From Candidatus Woesebacteria bacterium RBG_16_42_24 (GTDB taxonomy: Bacteria; Patescibacteriota; Microgenomatia; UBA8517): DNA of 64,000 nucleotides. The number at the start of each line of letters is the position of its first letter. The stretch's first letter is position 1. Below the pieces are notes generated by a model. It did not search any database and was not told the origin of the DNA. It worked only from the letters and a program-made list of their open reading frames with translations. The position numbers were made by a program, and so were the translations under genes. The stretch covers positions 18,537-82,536 of the forward strand of contig MGFX01000006.1 of NCBI GenBank assembly GCA_001792115.1. Reading direction: 5' to 3'. Of this stretch, positions 19,140 to 29,466 are shown piece after piece.

Positions 19140-19898
19140 TTGGAAAGGAAAAAAATTGAAATGAATTTCACAAATAGCAACGTAGTCAAATTACAGAGGG
19201 TCTCAAAAAAATACGAATTTGCCAATATTTATTCGTCTTTATCGGAGTATTTTTTAGTGGGAAGCAAAAGCAAACCCTTCTGGGCGCTCAAAAATATCAA
19301 TCTTGAAATAAAAAAGGGAGAAAAAGTCGGCTTGATTGGTCCGAATGGCGCGGGAAAGACAACACTTTTGAGCATAATCTCGGGCATAACCACACCGGAC
19401 AAGGGCTGCGTAGACATAAGAGGAAAGGTTATTTCGATAATCGAATTGGAAGCGGGTTTCCACATTGAGCTGTCGGGTGTTGAAAACATCTTTCTTAATG
19501 GAATGATTTTGGGTATGAGCAAAGAAGGAATTAAAAGAAGACTAAAAACAATAATTAATTTTGCCGGCATCGGAAAGTTCATAGAGCAACCCATGTATTC
19601 CTATTCCGAAGGCATGAAATTAAGGGTGGCGTTTTCGGTTGCTGCCCATTGCGATTTTGATACATTAGTTCTTGACGAAAACATCTCTGTCGGAGACATA
19701 GATTTTCAAAAGAAATCGCTTTCCAAAATCCGGGAATTTTTTTCGAAGAGAAAGACTATAGTTATCGCCACACACTATCTGGATTTTTTGCAAAAAACCT
19801 GCGAAAGAGTCATATGGCTTAATAACGGTCGGATAGTAGAAGACGGTCCCGTCGAAAAAGTAATTAAAAGATATATTAAGGAAAACGGCAATATTTGA
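19140..19898 (+). CDS. ABC transporter ATP-binding protein (Wzt/TagH-like, no C-terminal carbohydrate-binding domain)
   Basis: Walker A GPNGAGKTT, signature YSEGMKLR, Walker B LVLDE. Confidence 0.85.
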   Translation: MERKKIEMNFTNSNVVKLQRVSKKYEFANIYSSLSEYFLVGSKSKPFWALKNINLEIKKGEKVGLIGPNGAGKTTLLSIISGITTPDKGCVDIRGKVISIIELEAGFHIELSGVENIFLNGMILGMSKEGIKRRLKTIINFAGIGKFIEQPMYSYSEGMKLRVAFSVAAHCDFDTLVLDENISVGDIDFQKKSLSKIREFFSKRKTIVIATHYLDFLQKTCERVIWLNNGRIVEDGPVEKVIKRYIKENGNI

Positions 19899-19902
19899 GC
19901 AA

Positions 19903-21312
19903 ATGAAGAATGTTTTAAAAATTATTTATCCGGAATCTTGGATATATGCCATAATTTTTTGTCTGTCGCTATTTGCGACCGATAATTTTTTTTTCCTGCT
20001 AATAGTAATTTCTTTACTTTTTTATCTCAAATTTACCCGCAGTTTATTTAATTCATTATGGTTTTTATTCATTTCGTCAATGCTTTCTTTGAGAACACTA
20101 CCTTTTGATATAAATTTTATTGCACCTATACTGAATATTAATGGAGATGGTAGCTGGTACTACTCGGACCTTATTTTTGTTTTAATTCTTGGTCTCACAC
20201 TTACTGGGTTCAATAAAAACAGAATAAAGGTCTTATTCAGCGGGACCTGGGGTATTAAAGCAGACTTTTTTTTGTTTTTATTTCTGGCTATAGCAGGCTA
20301 TTCGACCATCATCGCTTCAAATCCAACAATTTCCTTCTCATTCTACTTTTTATTAGCAAAATCGGTAATTCTTTATTTGGTATCCAAATTAGTATTTTTA
20401 GACCTAAATCTGGTCAAGAAAACCATGCAGATAGTAATTGTCTATGTGGTGATAAATTCTTTATTGATTATCACCCAATACTTGGTTAGAGGTCCTTTGG
20501 GCTTTGATTTTGAAGATGCGTTTATGCCTTTCGGAAAGTATGCAGAGAACTATCTATTCAGGCCCGGAGGTTTTAGCTCAGATCCCAATATCTCTGCGAG
20601 TTTTATAGTTGTTATTTTACCGGTAGCGGTAGTTATGTTTCTTCCACTTTTAAAAAAGGCCGCCGTATATTATTGGGGATTTATAGTATCGATTTTTTTG
20701 GCCCTAATATTTACGGCAAGTAGGGCCTCCTGGATAATAACCGCGGTTGCGATTTTGCCTTTTTTGATCTATTTAAAGTCTAATAATTTTATTTTTTTAC
20801 CGAAAAAACTTAAGGCCCTTTGGGTATTGGGATCTATCTCGCTCATTATTATAATAGGGCCGTTTATTTTTTCCAGGATTCTGTCTTTGGATCAGACATT
20901 CAGTCAGGTAGGAAGCGGCTATTATCGGATTCATCAGGCGGTAGCTGGATATCGGATAATGTTTAATAATCCATTCGGCGTAGGATTGGGGATGTTCCCC
21001 TATGAGGTCATGAAATCTGTTTCAGATGAAAATTCGCCAACTACTTTTGATTTACCTCATAATTTGTTTGTACAATTGGGGGCAGAAAGTGGCATTGCGG
21101 GTCTGATTATCTTTTTGGTTTTCTTGTATTTTTTATATAAAGACAAGTTTATAAATGGTATGCTAAAGCCAAACGTTTTTTCGGGTGCCATGATTATTTC
21201 CTTTGTGTCAATGAGTTTACTTATGCTCGCGTATCCTTGGTTATTGCACCCGAGAATCGGTTGGATATTTTGGCTCTTGGCGGGTTATTCTGGCAGATGG
21301 AAAAGCTACTAA
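19903..21312 (+). CDS. O-antigen ligase/polymerase-like polytopic membrane protein
   Basis: Ten or more transmembrane segments with a central TASRASWI loop block (Wzy_C-like). Confidence 0.55.
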   Translation: MKNVLKIIYPESWIYAIIFCLSLFATDNFFFLLIVISLLFYLKFTRSLFNSLWFLFISSMLSLRTLPFDINFIAPILNINGDGSWYYSDLIFVLILGLTLTGFNKNRIKVLFSGTWGIKADFFLFLFLAIAGYSTIIASNPTISFSFYFLLAKSVILYLVSKLVFLDLNLVKKTMQIVIVYVVINSLLIITQYLVRGPLGFDFEDAFMPFGKYAENYLFRPGGFSSDPNISASFIVVILPVAVVMFLPLLKKAAVYYWGFIVSIFLALIFTASRASWIITAVAILPFLIYLKSNNFIFLPKKLKALWVLGSISLIIIIGPFIFSRILSLDQTFSQVGSGYYRIHQAVAGYRIMFNNPFGVGLGMFPYEVMKSVSDENSPTTFDLPHNLFVQLGAESGIAGLIIFLVFLYFLYKDKFINGMLKPNVFSGAMIISFVSMSLLMLAYPWLLHPRIGWIFWLLAGYSGRWKSY

Positions 21313-22109
21313 AAAAATTATCCGTTTTAGACTATGTCGTTTTTATAGTCGTTGTCGTGGTGATTGTCGGATTTTTTGTTTTTTATTCGAGGGAAAATGT
21401 TACGGTATACGTGTCTACCGTAAACGAGTGGTCGGAGTGGCTGGAAGATCCAATGCCTCCGCCGTACTGGCTTTCAAATGCCCTTAAAGTCGGAGACAAA
21501 GCATTTCATACATCCGGGGGGGAATTGGCAGAAATTATCGGAATAGAAAATACTGATTGGGGCGGACAGAGAAGATTTTCCAGACTAAATCTTAAGGTAA
21601 AAGCCTTATATAATGTTCGCTCAAAAGTTTATTTGTTAAAAGAACAGCCCCTGATTGTGGGAGGGACCCTAACTCTTAACTTTAAAGGCGTTCAATATCA
21701 AGGCGTCATAACCTATATTGGTACTACGCCCGAGTTCCCGGAAAGCAAGCTGTCCAAGGCAAGGGTAGAAGTATTTATTCCCGAAGTTTATCCTTGGCTG
21801 GCCGAAACTTACAACAAAGACTATGTTGTAAAAGATACCAACGGATTGAAAATATTTAGAATAATATCTTCCAGGATTATTCCTGCCGAAAGGTCGATTG
21901 TAACCGATGACGGACGGATACTAAGAAGGTCGGACCCTTACTACAAGGACGTTTATTTTATCGCCGAAGCGCAGGTCAGGTGCCAGGAGGGGACATGCTA
22001 CTATAACGATACATTTCCTTTAAGGATAGGTGCACATATTAGAATCCATTCAACTTCCAGCTTAGTCGAAGAAAAAGCTATTATAAAAAATTATGAAATT
22101 TTGGACTGA
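21297..22109 (+). CDS. hypothetical membrane-anchored protein
   Basis: Start set at the internal ATG overlapping the upstream stop; N-terminal transmembrane helix FIVVVVVIVGFFVF. Confidence 0.4.
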   Translation: MEKLLKKLSVLDYVVFIVVVVVIVGFFVFYSRENVTVYVSTVNEWSEWLEDPMPPPYWLSNALKVGDKAFHTSGGELAEIIGIENTDWGGQRRFSRLNLKVKALYNVRSKVYLLKEQPLIVGGTLTLNFKGVQYQGVITYIGTTPEFPESKLSKARVEVFIPEVYPWLAETYNKDYVVKDTNGLKIFRIISSRIIPAERSIVTDDGRILRRSDPYYKDVYFIAEAQVRCQEGTCYYNDTFPLRIGAHIRIHSTSSLVEEKAIIKNYEILD

Positions 22110-22138
22110 TCTTACAATAAGCACCCGCATTACAACTC

Positions 22139-23281
22139 GTGACTGATACTATATTTTTCATATTTCATGACTTGGGGATAGGAGGTGTTCAGAGGAAAAT
22201 AGTTGACAGCATAAGGTTATTAAGAAAAGACCCATACTTTTCAAAAAAAGGATTCAAAATAATCGTTTTGTTGGAAGACGAAAAAGCTTACGACCTAGAA
22301 GAAGACATTTTTTTGGAAGATATCGAAGGTCCCAAGTGTGAAGTTTACTATTACAGATCAAAAAAAGATATTGATTTTTCGACTTTCCATATTCCCTTTA
22401 CCGTTTTTGTTTTATGGAAAATATTAATTTTTAAACCCTCAAGAGTTGTTGCTTTTATGGAGCCGTATGCCGCCTCTGCAATTATCGGCAAATTAGTATC
22501 GAAGATATTTTGGCGCGGGTACACAAAGGTAATAATAAGCTTTGACAATGTAGCCACCTCTCTTTTAAAACTTGAATATGGCAGAAATTGGAGATATTTC
22601 TATTGGACCTTTTTAATTAAGAATTTATTTAGATTTGCCGACAGGGTTATTGTGCCCTCTGATTTTTCCAAGTCGGACTTGGTAAATAATTTCCGCCTGC
22701 CTAATGAAAAAATTGTTGTCAATAAAAACTGGGTTTTAATTCCTAAGAAAATGGAACGTCGTTTCCTGAAATACGACCTTTTATATGTTGGTAGGGTGGA
22801 CAGGGTTAAGAATCTTAAATTATTTGTAGATACCGTAAGAGAGCTTCGAGGCAGGGTGCCGAATATTCGCGGCTGCATTGTCGGGTGGGGAGACGAGATG
22901 GAAAACATACTGCATTATATTAATTCTAAAAAAATGGGGGGTAACATAGAAATGGTAGGTTCCCGGAGAGATGTCGGATTTTATTATTCTAGTTCAAAAA
23001 TATTTTTAATAACGTCGGACTTTGAAGGATTGCCGATTGTTGGTCTGGAAGCAATGTCCTGGGGACTACCAGTTGTTTCCAAAGATTATCCGGGGGCAGG
23101 TGAGTTGATAAAAGACGCCAAAAGCGGATATGTCTGCAACAAAAAGCAATTGACGGAAAGAATTTTAAAATTGCTTCACGATACCGCAAAACGCGAGGCC
23201 ATGGGAAAATATGCAAGAGATTATGTCAGAAAAAATCACGGCGCTAAGTCTTTAAGAGATTTTGTTAAGGAAATTATTTGA
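22139..23281 (+). CDS. glycosyltransferase family 4 (GT-B, group 1)
   Basis: EGLPIVGLEAMSWGLPVV, i.e. the EX7E region. Confidence 0.8.
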   Translation: MTDTIFFIFHDLGIGGVQRKIVDSIRLLRKDPYFSKKGFKIIVLLEDEKAYDLEEDIFLEDIEGPKCEVYYYRSKKDIDFSTFHIPFTVFVLWKILIFKPSRVVAFMEPYAASAIIGKLVSKIFWRGYTKVIISFDNVATSLLKLEYGRNWRYFYWTFLIKNLFRFADRVIVPSDFSKSDLVNNFRLPNEKIVVNKNWVLIPKKMERRFLKYDLLYVGRVDRVKNLKLFVDTVRELRGRVPNIRGCIVGWGDEMENILHYINSKKMGGNIEMVGSRRDVGFYYSSSKIFLITSDFEGLPIVGLEAMSWGLPVVSKDYPGAGELIKDAKSGYVCNKKQLTERILKLLHDTAKREAMGKYARDYVRKNHGAKSLRDFVKEII

Positions 23282-23352
23282 ATTTTAATATTCTTTAAAA
23301 TTCCAGCTAAGGCCAAAAACATTTTTGTTAGTACGATGCGGTCACTATCATT

Positions 23353-24579
23353 ATGAAAATTCTTCTTGTAAATAATCACCATTTTGTTTTGGGAGGGGCG
23401 GAGAGATACTATTTGAGTTTGGGCGAGTTGCTTAAAAAGCACGGAAATGGGGTAGCCTATTTTTCCACACACGATTCAAGAAACGTGCCGACCTTTTGGA
23501 GTAAATACTTTATAGACAAGGTAAGTACTCAAGGGAGAAATCTGAAGAATTTGTATAAGGTATTATCGGGCATAATTTATTCGCTAGAGGCTAAAAAAAA
23601 TATAGGAAAACTTTTAGACGAGTTCAAACCAGATATAGTTCATTTAAACAATATTTATTTTCGTATTTCACCTTCGATCATTTTTGAAATAAAAAAAAGA
23701 AATATTCCTATTGTAGAGACAGTCCACGACTATCATCCAATATCGCCAAACGTAAATTTGTATCACGACGGAGCGGTGTGTGAAATTACAAAGGGCGGCA
23801 AATATTACAAGGCGGTACTTCATAAGTGCGTTAAGGATTCGTATCTTATTTCTTTTCTAGTTGCCGCATCCTTTTATCTACACGACTATTGGAAGATTTA
23901 TCAGAATAAAATCGATCTATTTATAAGTCCAAGTAGATTTCTTAGGAAAAAACTTGTTGATTATGGACTGAAGGACTCCAAAATAATATATTTGCCGAAT
24001 TTTACTGAAATTGGCAAATTTCATAAAGCACAAGCGCGGAACAAAAATACTTACGTTCTTTTTTTTGGTGTACTTCTTAAGCACAAAGGACTGTCGGAAC
24101 TATTGGGGGCGGCGGGGCTCTTGCCCGAAGTTACATTCAAACTTGTCGGCGATGGTCCGGAAGAAAAGAATTTGAAAAGGTTATCCCAAAAACTCAGGTT
24201 AAAAAATGTCGATTTTTTAGGCAGGCTTGATGATACAAAACTTCGAAAGGTAATTTCACAATCGCTTTTTTGTATTGTGCCCTCTTTGTGGTACGAAAAT
24301 ATGCCGTACTCGATACTTGAGGCTTTTAGTTTGGGCAAACCCGTCATTGCGGCAAGAATTGGGGGGATTCCCGAGGTGGTCAAAAATGGCAGAAACGGAT
24401 TATTATTCGAAGCCGGTAACAACGGGGAATTGGCAGAGAAGATAAAACTTCTTTGGACCAAGCGGAAATTGTTCGGAATACTTTCTAATAATGCCCTTGC
24501 TGATGTTAAAAGAAAATACGGCCAGGAAGAGTATTATAAAAAAATCATGAAGATATACAAAAAAGAAGTCGGCAGATGA
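23353..24579 (+). CDS. glycosyltransferase family 4
   Basis: ENMPYSILEAFSLGKPVIAARIGGIPEVV. Confidence 0.8.
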   Translation: MKILLVNNHHFVLGGAERYYLSLGELLKKHGNGVAYFSTHDSRNVPTFWSKYFIDKVSTQGRNLKNLYKVLSGIIYSLEAKKNIGKLLDEFKPDIVHLNNIYFRISPSIIFEIKKRNIPIVETVHDYHPISPNVNLYHDGAVCEITKGGKYYKAVLHKCVKDSYLISFLVAASFYLHDYWKIYQNKIDLFISPSRFLRKKLVDYGLKDSKIIYLPNFTEIGKFHKAQARNKNTYVLFFGVLLKHKGLSELLGAAGLLPEVTFKLVGDGPEEKNLKRLSQKLRLKNVDFLGRLDDTKLRKVISQSLFCIVPSLWYENMPYSILEAFSLGKPVIAARIGGIPEVVKNGRNGLLFEAGNNGELAEKIKLLWTKRKLFGILSNNALADVKRKYGQEEYYKKIMKIYKKEVGR

Positions 24580-25730
24580 GAATAGCTATATATTATCCCT
24601 GGGTCTATCTGACAAGTGGGGTCGAACGCACGATTTTGGAAACTGTCAAAAGAAGCAAGCATGATTATACTATTTTTACAAATCACTTCGATATAAAAAA
24701 TACTTTTCCGGAATTTAAAAAAATTAAGTTGGTGGAATTGAAAAAAATTCCGGTAAGGCGAAATATTATCGACACCTTGAAAGCTGCAATCGTTATTATT
24801 TTTCAAAAAATTGATTTGAAAAACTTCGATCTTTTATTGGTCAATTCGGAAGGGTTGGGAGACTTGATTCTTGTAAGAAATCATAACCTGCCGGCAGTTT
24901 GTTTCTGCCACACGCCCCTACGGCCCGTATTTGATATAGAGTACAAGAGGCGAGTATATGAAAAGAAAAATAATTATCAGAAGCTGATATATCACATTTT
25001 TGCCTTCTTATTTAGGTTCATCGATAGATACCTTTGGAAAAAATATAAGTATATTTTTTTTAACAGCGAAGAAACCTTAAAAAGGGCAAAGGTTGGCGGT
25101 CTAATTAAAGGTAAAAAAAGGAAATTTGAAATATTGCATCCGGGCGTTGACGCTAAAGCAATTAAACCAAGTTGGGTTTATAAACCTTATTTTTTCTTAC
25201 CGGGTAGAATAATGTGGGCAAAAAACATTGAATTGGCAATAAGTTCCTTTAAGGAATTAAAAAGAAGAAATCCTAGTTTAAAGAGTTTTAAGTTAATTAT
25301 TGCTGGGAGGGTGGATGAGAAAAGTAAGGGGTATTTGGCGAAACTAGGGTCATTGTCAAAGAATAAATTGGATATCAGATTTGTGATTAATCCCTCCGAT
25401 TATAAAATGAGAAAACTCTATGAGAATTGTTGGGCAGTAATTTCGGCCTCCTTTAATGAGGATTGGGGAGTTACAGTAATTGAGGGGAACGCTTTTGGCA
25501 AACCCTCGGTTTGTGTAAATAGGGGCGGGCTAATCGAAAGCCAGATTAATGGGAAAACAGGGTTTTTGGTCGAGCTGGCAGTAGACAAATTTGCAGACGC
25601 TTTGGCGAAAATTGCTTCCGATAAAAATCTGGTAATAAAGTTAGGCGAAAACGCTCGTATAAACTCTTTGAAATATGACTGGAACAGTTTTTCTCAGAGG
25701 CTTGATAACGTACTAACTAAACTCGGGTAG
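24576..25730 (+). CDS. glycosyltransferase family 4
   Basis: EDWGVTVIEGNAFGKPSVCVNRGGLIE; ATGA overlap with the upstream GT4 gene. Confidence 0.8.
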   Translation: MRIAIYYPWVYLTSGVERTILETVKRSKHDYTIFTNHFDIKNTFPEFKKIKLVELKKIPVRRNIIDTLKAAIVIIFQKIDLKNFDLLLVNSEGLGDLILVRNHNLPAVCFCHTPLRPVFDIEYKRRVYEKKNNYQKLIYHIFAFLFRFIDRYLWKKYKYIFFNSEETLKRAKVGGLIKGKKRKFEILHPGVDAKAIKPSWVYKPYFFLPGRIMWAKNIELAISSFKELKRRNPSLKSFKLIIAGRVDEKSKGYLAKLGSLSKNKLDIRFVINPSDYKMRKLYENCWAVISASFNEDWGVTVIEGNAFGKPSVCVNRGGLIESQINGKTGFLVELAVDKFADALAKIASDKNLVIKLGENARINSLKYDWNSFSQRLDNVLTKLG

Positions 25731-26464
25731 TTATAAAATCTCCCTGATTCCTCAAGCAAAAACCCGGGAGTTAGCGGGTAATCCCCGTTTTTGATGTGGT
25801 TATCATAGTAATTTTCGCACCAGTCGGTAGAAGTCTGATACTTCTCACACTTATATAATAAAATATCCTCGGCCTCCTCTATTTGGCCGTAATTATAATA
25901 GAAGTTAGCCAGTTCGACATACAAGTAACTATGTTGGGGACTTAGATTAATTGCCGTCTGTAAAAATCTTGGGAAAAGATACTCCGAATCGTTTTGGAAC
26001 GATAGTACTCCCAGGTCGTAAAACACGCGGGACAAAGAATAGTAATCGTTAAAGAATAGGTTAATAAATTTGATAGAAAATAAATAATTTCTAATATCTT
26101 TGTTCAGACTATCGTTATTCTCAAACGTAATTTCATTCGGGTATCTGCTTAAAACAGGGTGGAAATTTTCGTTTTTTATAGAGCCCGCACCCCCCTTTTT
26201 TTGCATATCCGACTCTGCCCATTTCACCAAGAAATTAACGGTTTCTTGAAAATTCCCGCGGTCAGCCGATTCCTTTGCCCTCTCAAAATAGTAGTAGCCC
26301 AGGACAGCGTTTTTGTTATTCATCACAAATACAAATTCCGATAGAAGAAAAACGAGAGATAAAAAAATTACATATAAAAATATATTTCTCATAGATAGCT
26401 GTATTTTGCGGAAGAGAAAAATAGGGTTAGTTAAATTATATAACTTAGGATCCTGTTTTGGCAA
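25694..26464 (-). CDS. hypothetical membrane-anchored protein (possible TPR-like repeats)
   Basis: N-terminal transmembrane helix; repeated aromatic/Tyr-rich helical blocks. Confidence 0.35.
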   Translation of the reverse strand: MPKQDPKLYNLTNPIFLFRKIQLSMRNIFLYVIFLSLVFLLSEFVFVMNNKNAVLGYYYFERAKESADRGNFQETVNFLVKWAESDMQKKGGAGSIKNENFHPVLSRYPNEITFENNDSLNKDIRNYLFSIKFINLFFNDYYSLSRVFYDLGVLSFQNDSEYLFPRFLQTAINLSPQHSYLYVELANFYYNYGQIEEAEDILLYKCEKYQTSTDWCENYYDNHIKNGDYPLTPGFLLEESGRFYNYPSLVSTLSSL

Positions 26465-26655
26465 AAGTGCGGGAAATAATAAGGTAGGTTGAAATTCGAG
26501 CCTGGGGATTGTTTCTTAGCTGGTATATAGCCTCTGAAGTAAGCACAAGGAAAGATAAAGCCAAAATGGCCCAAAATGTTTTAGCTTTCATACCGCAATA
26601 ATAATATTATATTATTTAGAGAAACCCTGAATTTTGATGTTAAAATGTTTGCGAG

Positions 26656-27804
26656 TTGATAAAAAAATTTAGCCCGGAGAAAATTACAAACCTTCTAATA
26701 TTAATTCTATTCGGGACGCTTCTAATCTTTGGAGGATTGGGGATTAACGCCTTACTCGCAGCCCAAATTGGACTCGTATTGGGTTTTTTAATTATTCTCT
26801 GGGTTTATTTGAAAAACCATAAAATCGAATTCCCAAGGGGTAGCCTGCTCTACCTTATTTTTCTCTTCTTTTTTGCAGCAAGCGTTCTTTGGGCAGATCA
26901 AAAGAGTCTTATCTGGCAGAATTTTCTTTTATTTTTAGTTGGAGGAGTTTTTTGGCTGGGGTTTCATAACTTGGGCCAAAAGTTTAAGAAGATTTTTTTT
27001 TGGCTAGTAATTTTTTTGGGAGCAGTCTTTGGTATGCTTTTTTTGGCTGAGCAGGTACTTCCGGGAAATGCCTTAAAGCCCTATACACTCTATTTGCCGG
27101 TGGGTTTCCAGCGAAACCACAACCACCTGGGCGACCTTTGGGCGCTTACTCTTATTGCACTTACCTATCTTTTTGTCAAAGAAAGGAAATGGTGGAATCT
27201 GCCCCTAGGGGTTCTGGGGATTTATTTTTTGGGAGTATCCCTTTCCCGCTCTGCCTACGCCTCGTTACTGGTGGGACTAACTTATCTTTTTTATCAATTC
27301 GGGTGGCTAAAAAAATTCAAAAGTATCTTCCTCGCCCTTTTGGCAATCACCGCAGGCCTTTTTCTTTACGCGGGCAGCTTAAAGTCGGTACTTTCTTCGC
27401 GGCCTTATTTTGTACAGGCTATAAGGGGACTGTCTAAATATCCCTTCGGGGTCGGGGTGGGGAACTTTTCAGTCATTTCGACCGATCCACAAATAGCCGG
27501 GGAGGGTGCGAAACATTTTTCCTCTCTTACCCATAATTTAATTTTGGAAATAACCACCGGTTTGGGGATATTTGGGTTTGTCTTTATCGCCTGGCTTATC
27601 TTTATAGTCAAGGACTTACTTTCTTCTAAGAGGGGAGGCGAGACTGGCGTTTTTGAGGCTATATTTTTTGCCCTACTTGCCAATTTTATGTTTGATTATA
27701 CCTATGTTATTCCGACCATGCTTTGGTTGTGGTTTACCATGCTTGGGCTAGCTCAGGCAGGAAACCTATTCCCCGCCTTGACACAAAATAATAAAGAGCC
27801 GTAA
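26656..27804 (+). CDS. O-antigen ligase family membrane protein
   Basis: Polytopic; VSLSRSAYASLLVGL block (Wzy_C); paralog of 31619-32746; its last ~45 nt are repeated three more times downstream. Confidence 0.65.
   Translation: MIKKFSPEKITNLLILILFGTLLIFGGLGINALLAAQIGLVLGFLIILWVYLKNHKIEFPRGSLLYLIFLFFFAASVLWADQKSLIWQNFLLFLVGGVFWLGFHNLGQKFKKIFFWLVIFLGAVFGMLFLAEQVLPGNALKPYTLYLPVGFQRNHNHLGDLWALTLIALTYLFVKERKWWNLPLGVLGIYFLGVSLSRSAYASLLVGLTYLFYQFGWLKKFKSIFLALLAITAGLFLYAGSLKSVLSSRPYFVQAIRGLSKYPFGVGVGNFSVISTDPQIAGEGAKHFSSLTHNLILEITTGLGIFGFVFIAWLIFIVKDLLSSKRGGETGVFEAIFFALLANFMFDYTYVIPTMLWLWFTMLGLAQAGNLFPALTQNNKEP
27715..27761. repeat. att-like 47-nt sequence, copy 1 (native 3' end of the O-antigen-ligase gene)
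   Basis: accatgctttggttgtggtttaccatgcttgggctagctcaggcagg; three further copies at 28608, 29763 and 30770. Confidence 0.8.
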
Positions 27805-27805
27805 G

Positions 27806-28570
27806 ATGAATCATTCCCTCCCTAGCATGCGGAAACGTTACCTGCATAAATCGCAAACCGGTCTGGTTGGCTTTCTCCCCATTTTAGTTTTAGGAGTACT
27901 TACCATTTCTATAATCATGCTTTCTTCATATTTGAGTAGAGAGGGAGTGTCGTTTGATATTAGGGAACAAGCCGTGTATGAGCAGATCTGTCCCGGATCG
28001 GTGAGTGCTTATCCTAGCTCGTGTGTTGTTACAGAAGGAGCTACGGCACCCTGCCAAGATATTAAGATATCTTGGGATTTTCCCGGCTGTCAAAATGTGA
28101 CGGTAGATGGGACGGGGGTTGGTATTCCGGGTGGCCCTTTGGCCTATGGAAACTCAGGGTCGTTTTTCACTGACGTTTATCCTCCGGGGGCCGACTTTTA
28201 CTTTTACGCAAATGCGGGCTCCGACCAAATAAACCATTTAAGAGTAAATGCTAGACACCAATCCACCAGTAGTCCGGATGGGGAGATTAGAGTTAGCCCC
28301 CGACCTTGTCAAATTTGTTCGGGTGGAGGTTTGTCAGCAACTTGTACCGTGAGAGTAGAATGGAGCATCTGGAATGCTAAGAAGCCGAGGGTAATGATTA
28401 AACTTGCTGGTTTACCCAAAACAGAATGGGATAATAAGACGACTGGAGTTTCTGAGTATGAACTCAGAAATAATACTCTCTTCAAGTATGTTTGGTTTGG
28501 GGTGTACGACGGATATACATTATTGGACTCAGCAGACTCTTTTATAGAGTATGTGGGTTGTAATGGATAA
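27806..28570 (+). CDS. hypothetical membrane-anchored/secreted protein (first cassette)
   Basis: N-terminal transmembrane helix; Cys-containing extracytoplasmic domain; bounded by att-like copies 1 and 2. Confidence 0.45.
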   Translation: MNHSLPSMRKRYLHKSQTGLVGFLPILVLGVLTISIIMLSSYLSREGVSFDIREQAVYEQICPGSVSAYPSSCVVTEGATAPCQDIKISWDFPGCQNVTVDGTGVGIPGGPLAYGNSGSFFTDVYPPGADFYFYANAGSDQINHLRVNARHQSTSSPDGEIRVSPRPCQICSGGGLSATCTVRVEWSIWNAKKPRVMIKLAGLPKTEWDNKTTGVSEYELRNNTLFKYVWFGVYDGYTLLDSADSFIEYVGCNG

Positions 28571-28607
28571 ATAAGCACTCCAAAGGATACTGCTTACACA
28601 ATTTCCA

Positions 28608-28654
28608 ACCATGCTCTGGCTTTGGTTTACGAGTCTGGGATTATCCAGGCTCGG
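28608..28654. repeat. att-like sequence, copy 2
   Basis: accatgctctggctttggtttacgagtctgggattatccaggctcgg. Confidence 0.75.
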
Positions 28655-28745
28655 GTCAGACTTGGGTGAACCATGAGCTTGGGGCTGGGACAGGAAGACT
28701 AAAGCCACCTTTAAAGGCTGGTCCTTTATAGGAGCATTCAAGAAA

Positions 28746-28836
28746 ACCCCGATTTATTCGGAGATGGATTGAACGCTCATATGTCATCCTCGTTTAGACG
28801 AGGAAACCGCGGACTTAAGTCCGCGGAGGATGTCAT
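28746..28836. ncRNA. conserved multi-hairpin structured element, copy 1 (function unknown: small RNA, ssDNA recombination site or terminator)
   Basis: Conserved arms ggaGATGgATTGAACGCTcATATGTCATCCTC and GGAGGATGTCATA enclose three hairpins (ccga-tttat-tcgg; cctcgt-ttag-acgagg; ccgcggactt/aagtccgcgg) that differ from copy 2 by compensatory changes. Confidence 0.45.
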
Positions 28837-28845
28837 AAGGAACTA

Positions 28846-29466
28846 CTATTTCTGAAGACTTATTTCTGCCAAAAACTCCTTAATTTCACTGTCGTCCTTC
28901 TTATGGCCACTTAAATAATCTATCCTTTCCGAATAGTCTAGATCATCAAAATAAGACAGCTGTTCTCTGAAAAGTTTCTCATTAAACTCTTTTTTGAAAA
29001 TCTCCCTGGCTTTATTTATAACTTCATTTATAGTGTGTTTTTTAAATGCGAAAAATAAATCCACATAGTCCTTCCATTTGGCTCTTCTTCCCAGAGAATA
29101 GGCTTTCATAGAGGCGAGTGTAAGTATATCCGGCATGTTAATAAACTCTCCGAGCCTTTCTCTAAATTCAATCGTAAAGGGGAACTTTAAGAAGGTAAGT
29201 TTGACCGATGCCACAACGACCGTTAGTTCGTTCATTTCATCGACAAGAGTACTTTCTATGGGGTGAAGACCTCTTATTGAATTTGCTATTTTTTCATTAT
29301 TAATAGCCTCAAGGGAAGCCAAATCAAAATCAACCGACCTTCTATGTCCAATCTGGAGAGCCATTGCAGTGCCGCCAACTAATCCGAATTTATCCGAGAA
29401 CTTAGTGATAATCGGAAGAAGCAGCCTTTGTCCTTCCGATAAAACCTCTTCATGCATATTTTGCAA
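28846..29466 (-). CDS. minimal nucleotidyltransferase, AbiEii/DUF1814-like, module 2
   Basis: GGTAMALQIGHRRSVDFDL; paralog of 7124-7735 and 30101-30739 at about 35-40% identity. Confidence 0.6.
   Translation of the reverse strand: MQNMHEEVLSEGQRLLLPIITKFSDKFGLVGGTAMALQIGHRRSVDFDLASLEAINNEKIANSIRGLHPIESTLVDEMNELTVVVASVKLTFLKFPFTIEFRERLGEFINMPDILTLASMKAYSLGRRAKWKDYVDLFFAFKKHTINEVINKAREIFKKEFNEKLFREQLSYFDDLDYSERIDYLSGHKKDDSEIKEFLAEISLQK

Noticed and set aside
28759-28836. Hammerhead-type ribozyme core in the multi-hairpin element
   Set aside because: No CUGAUGA...GAAA core was found in either orientation (only gctgatatg / gatgacat). The element is kept as an unknown structured element instead.
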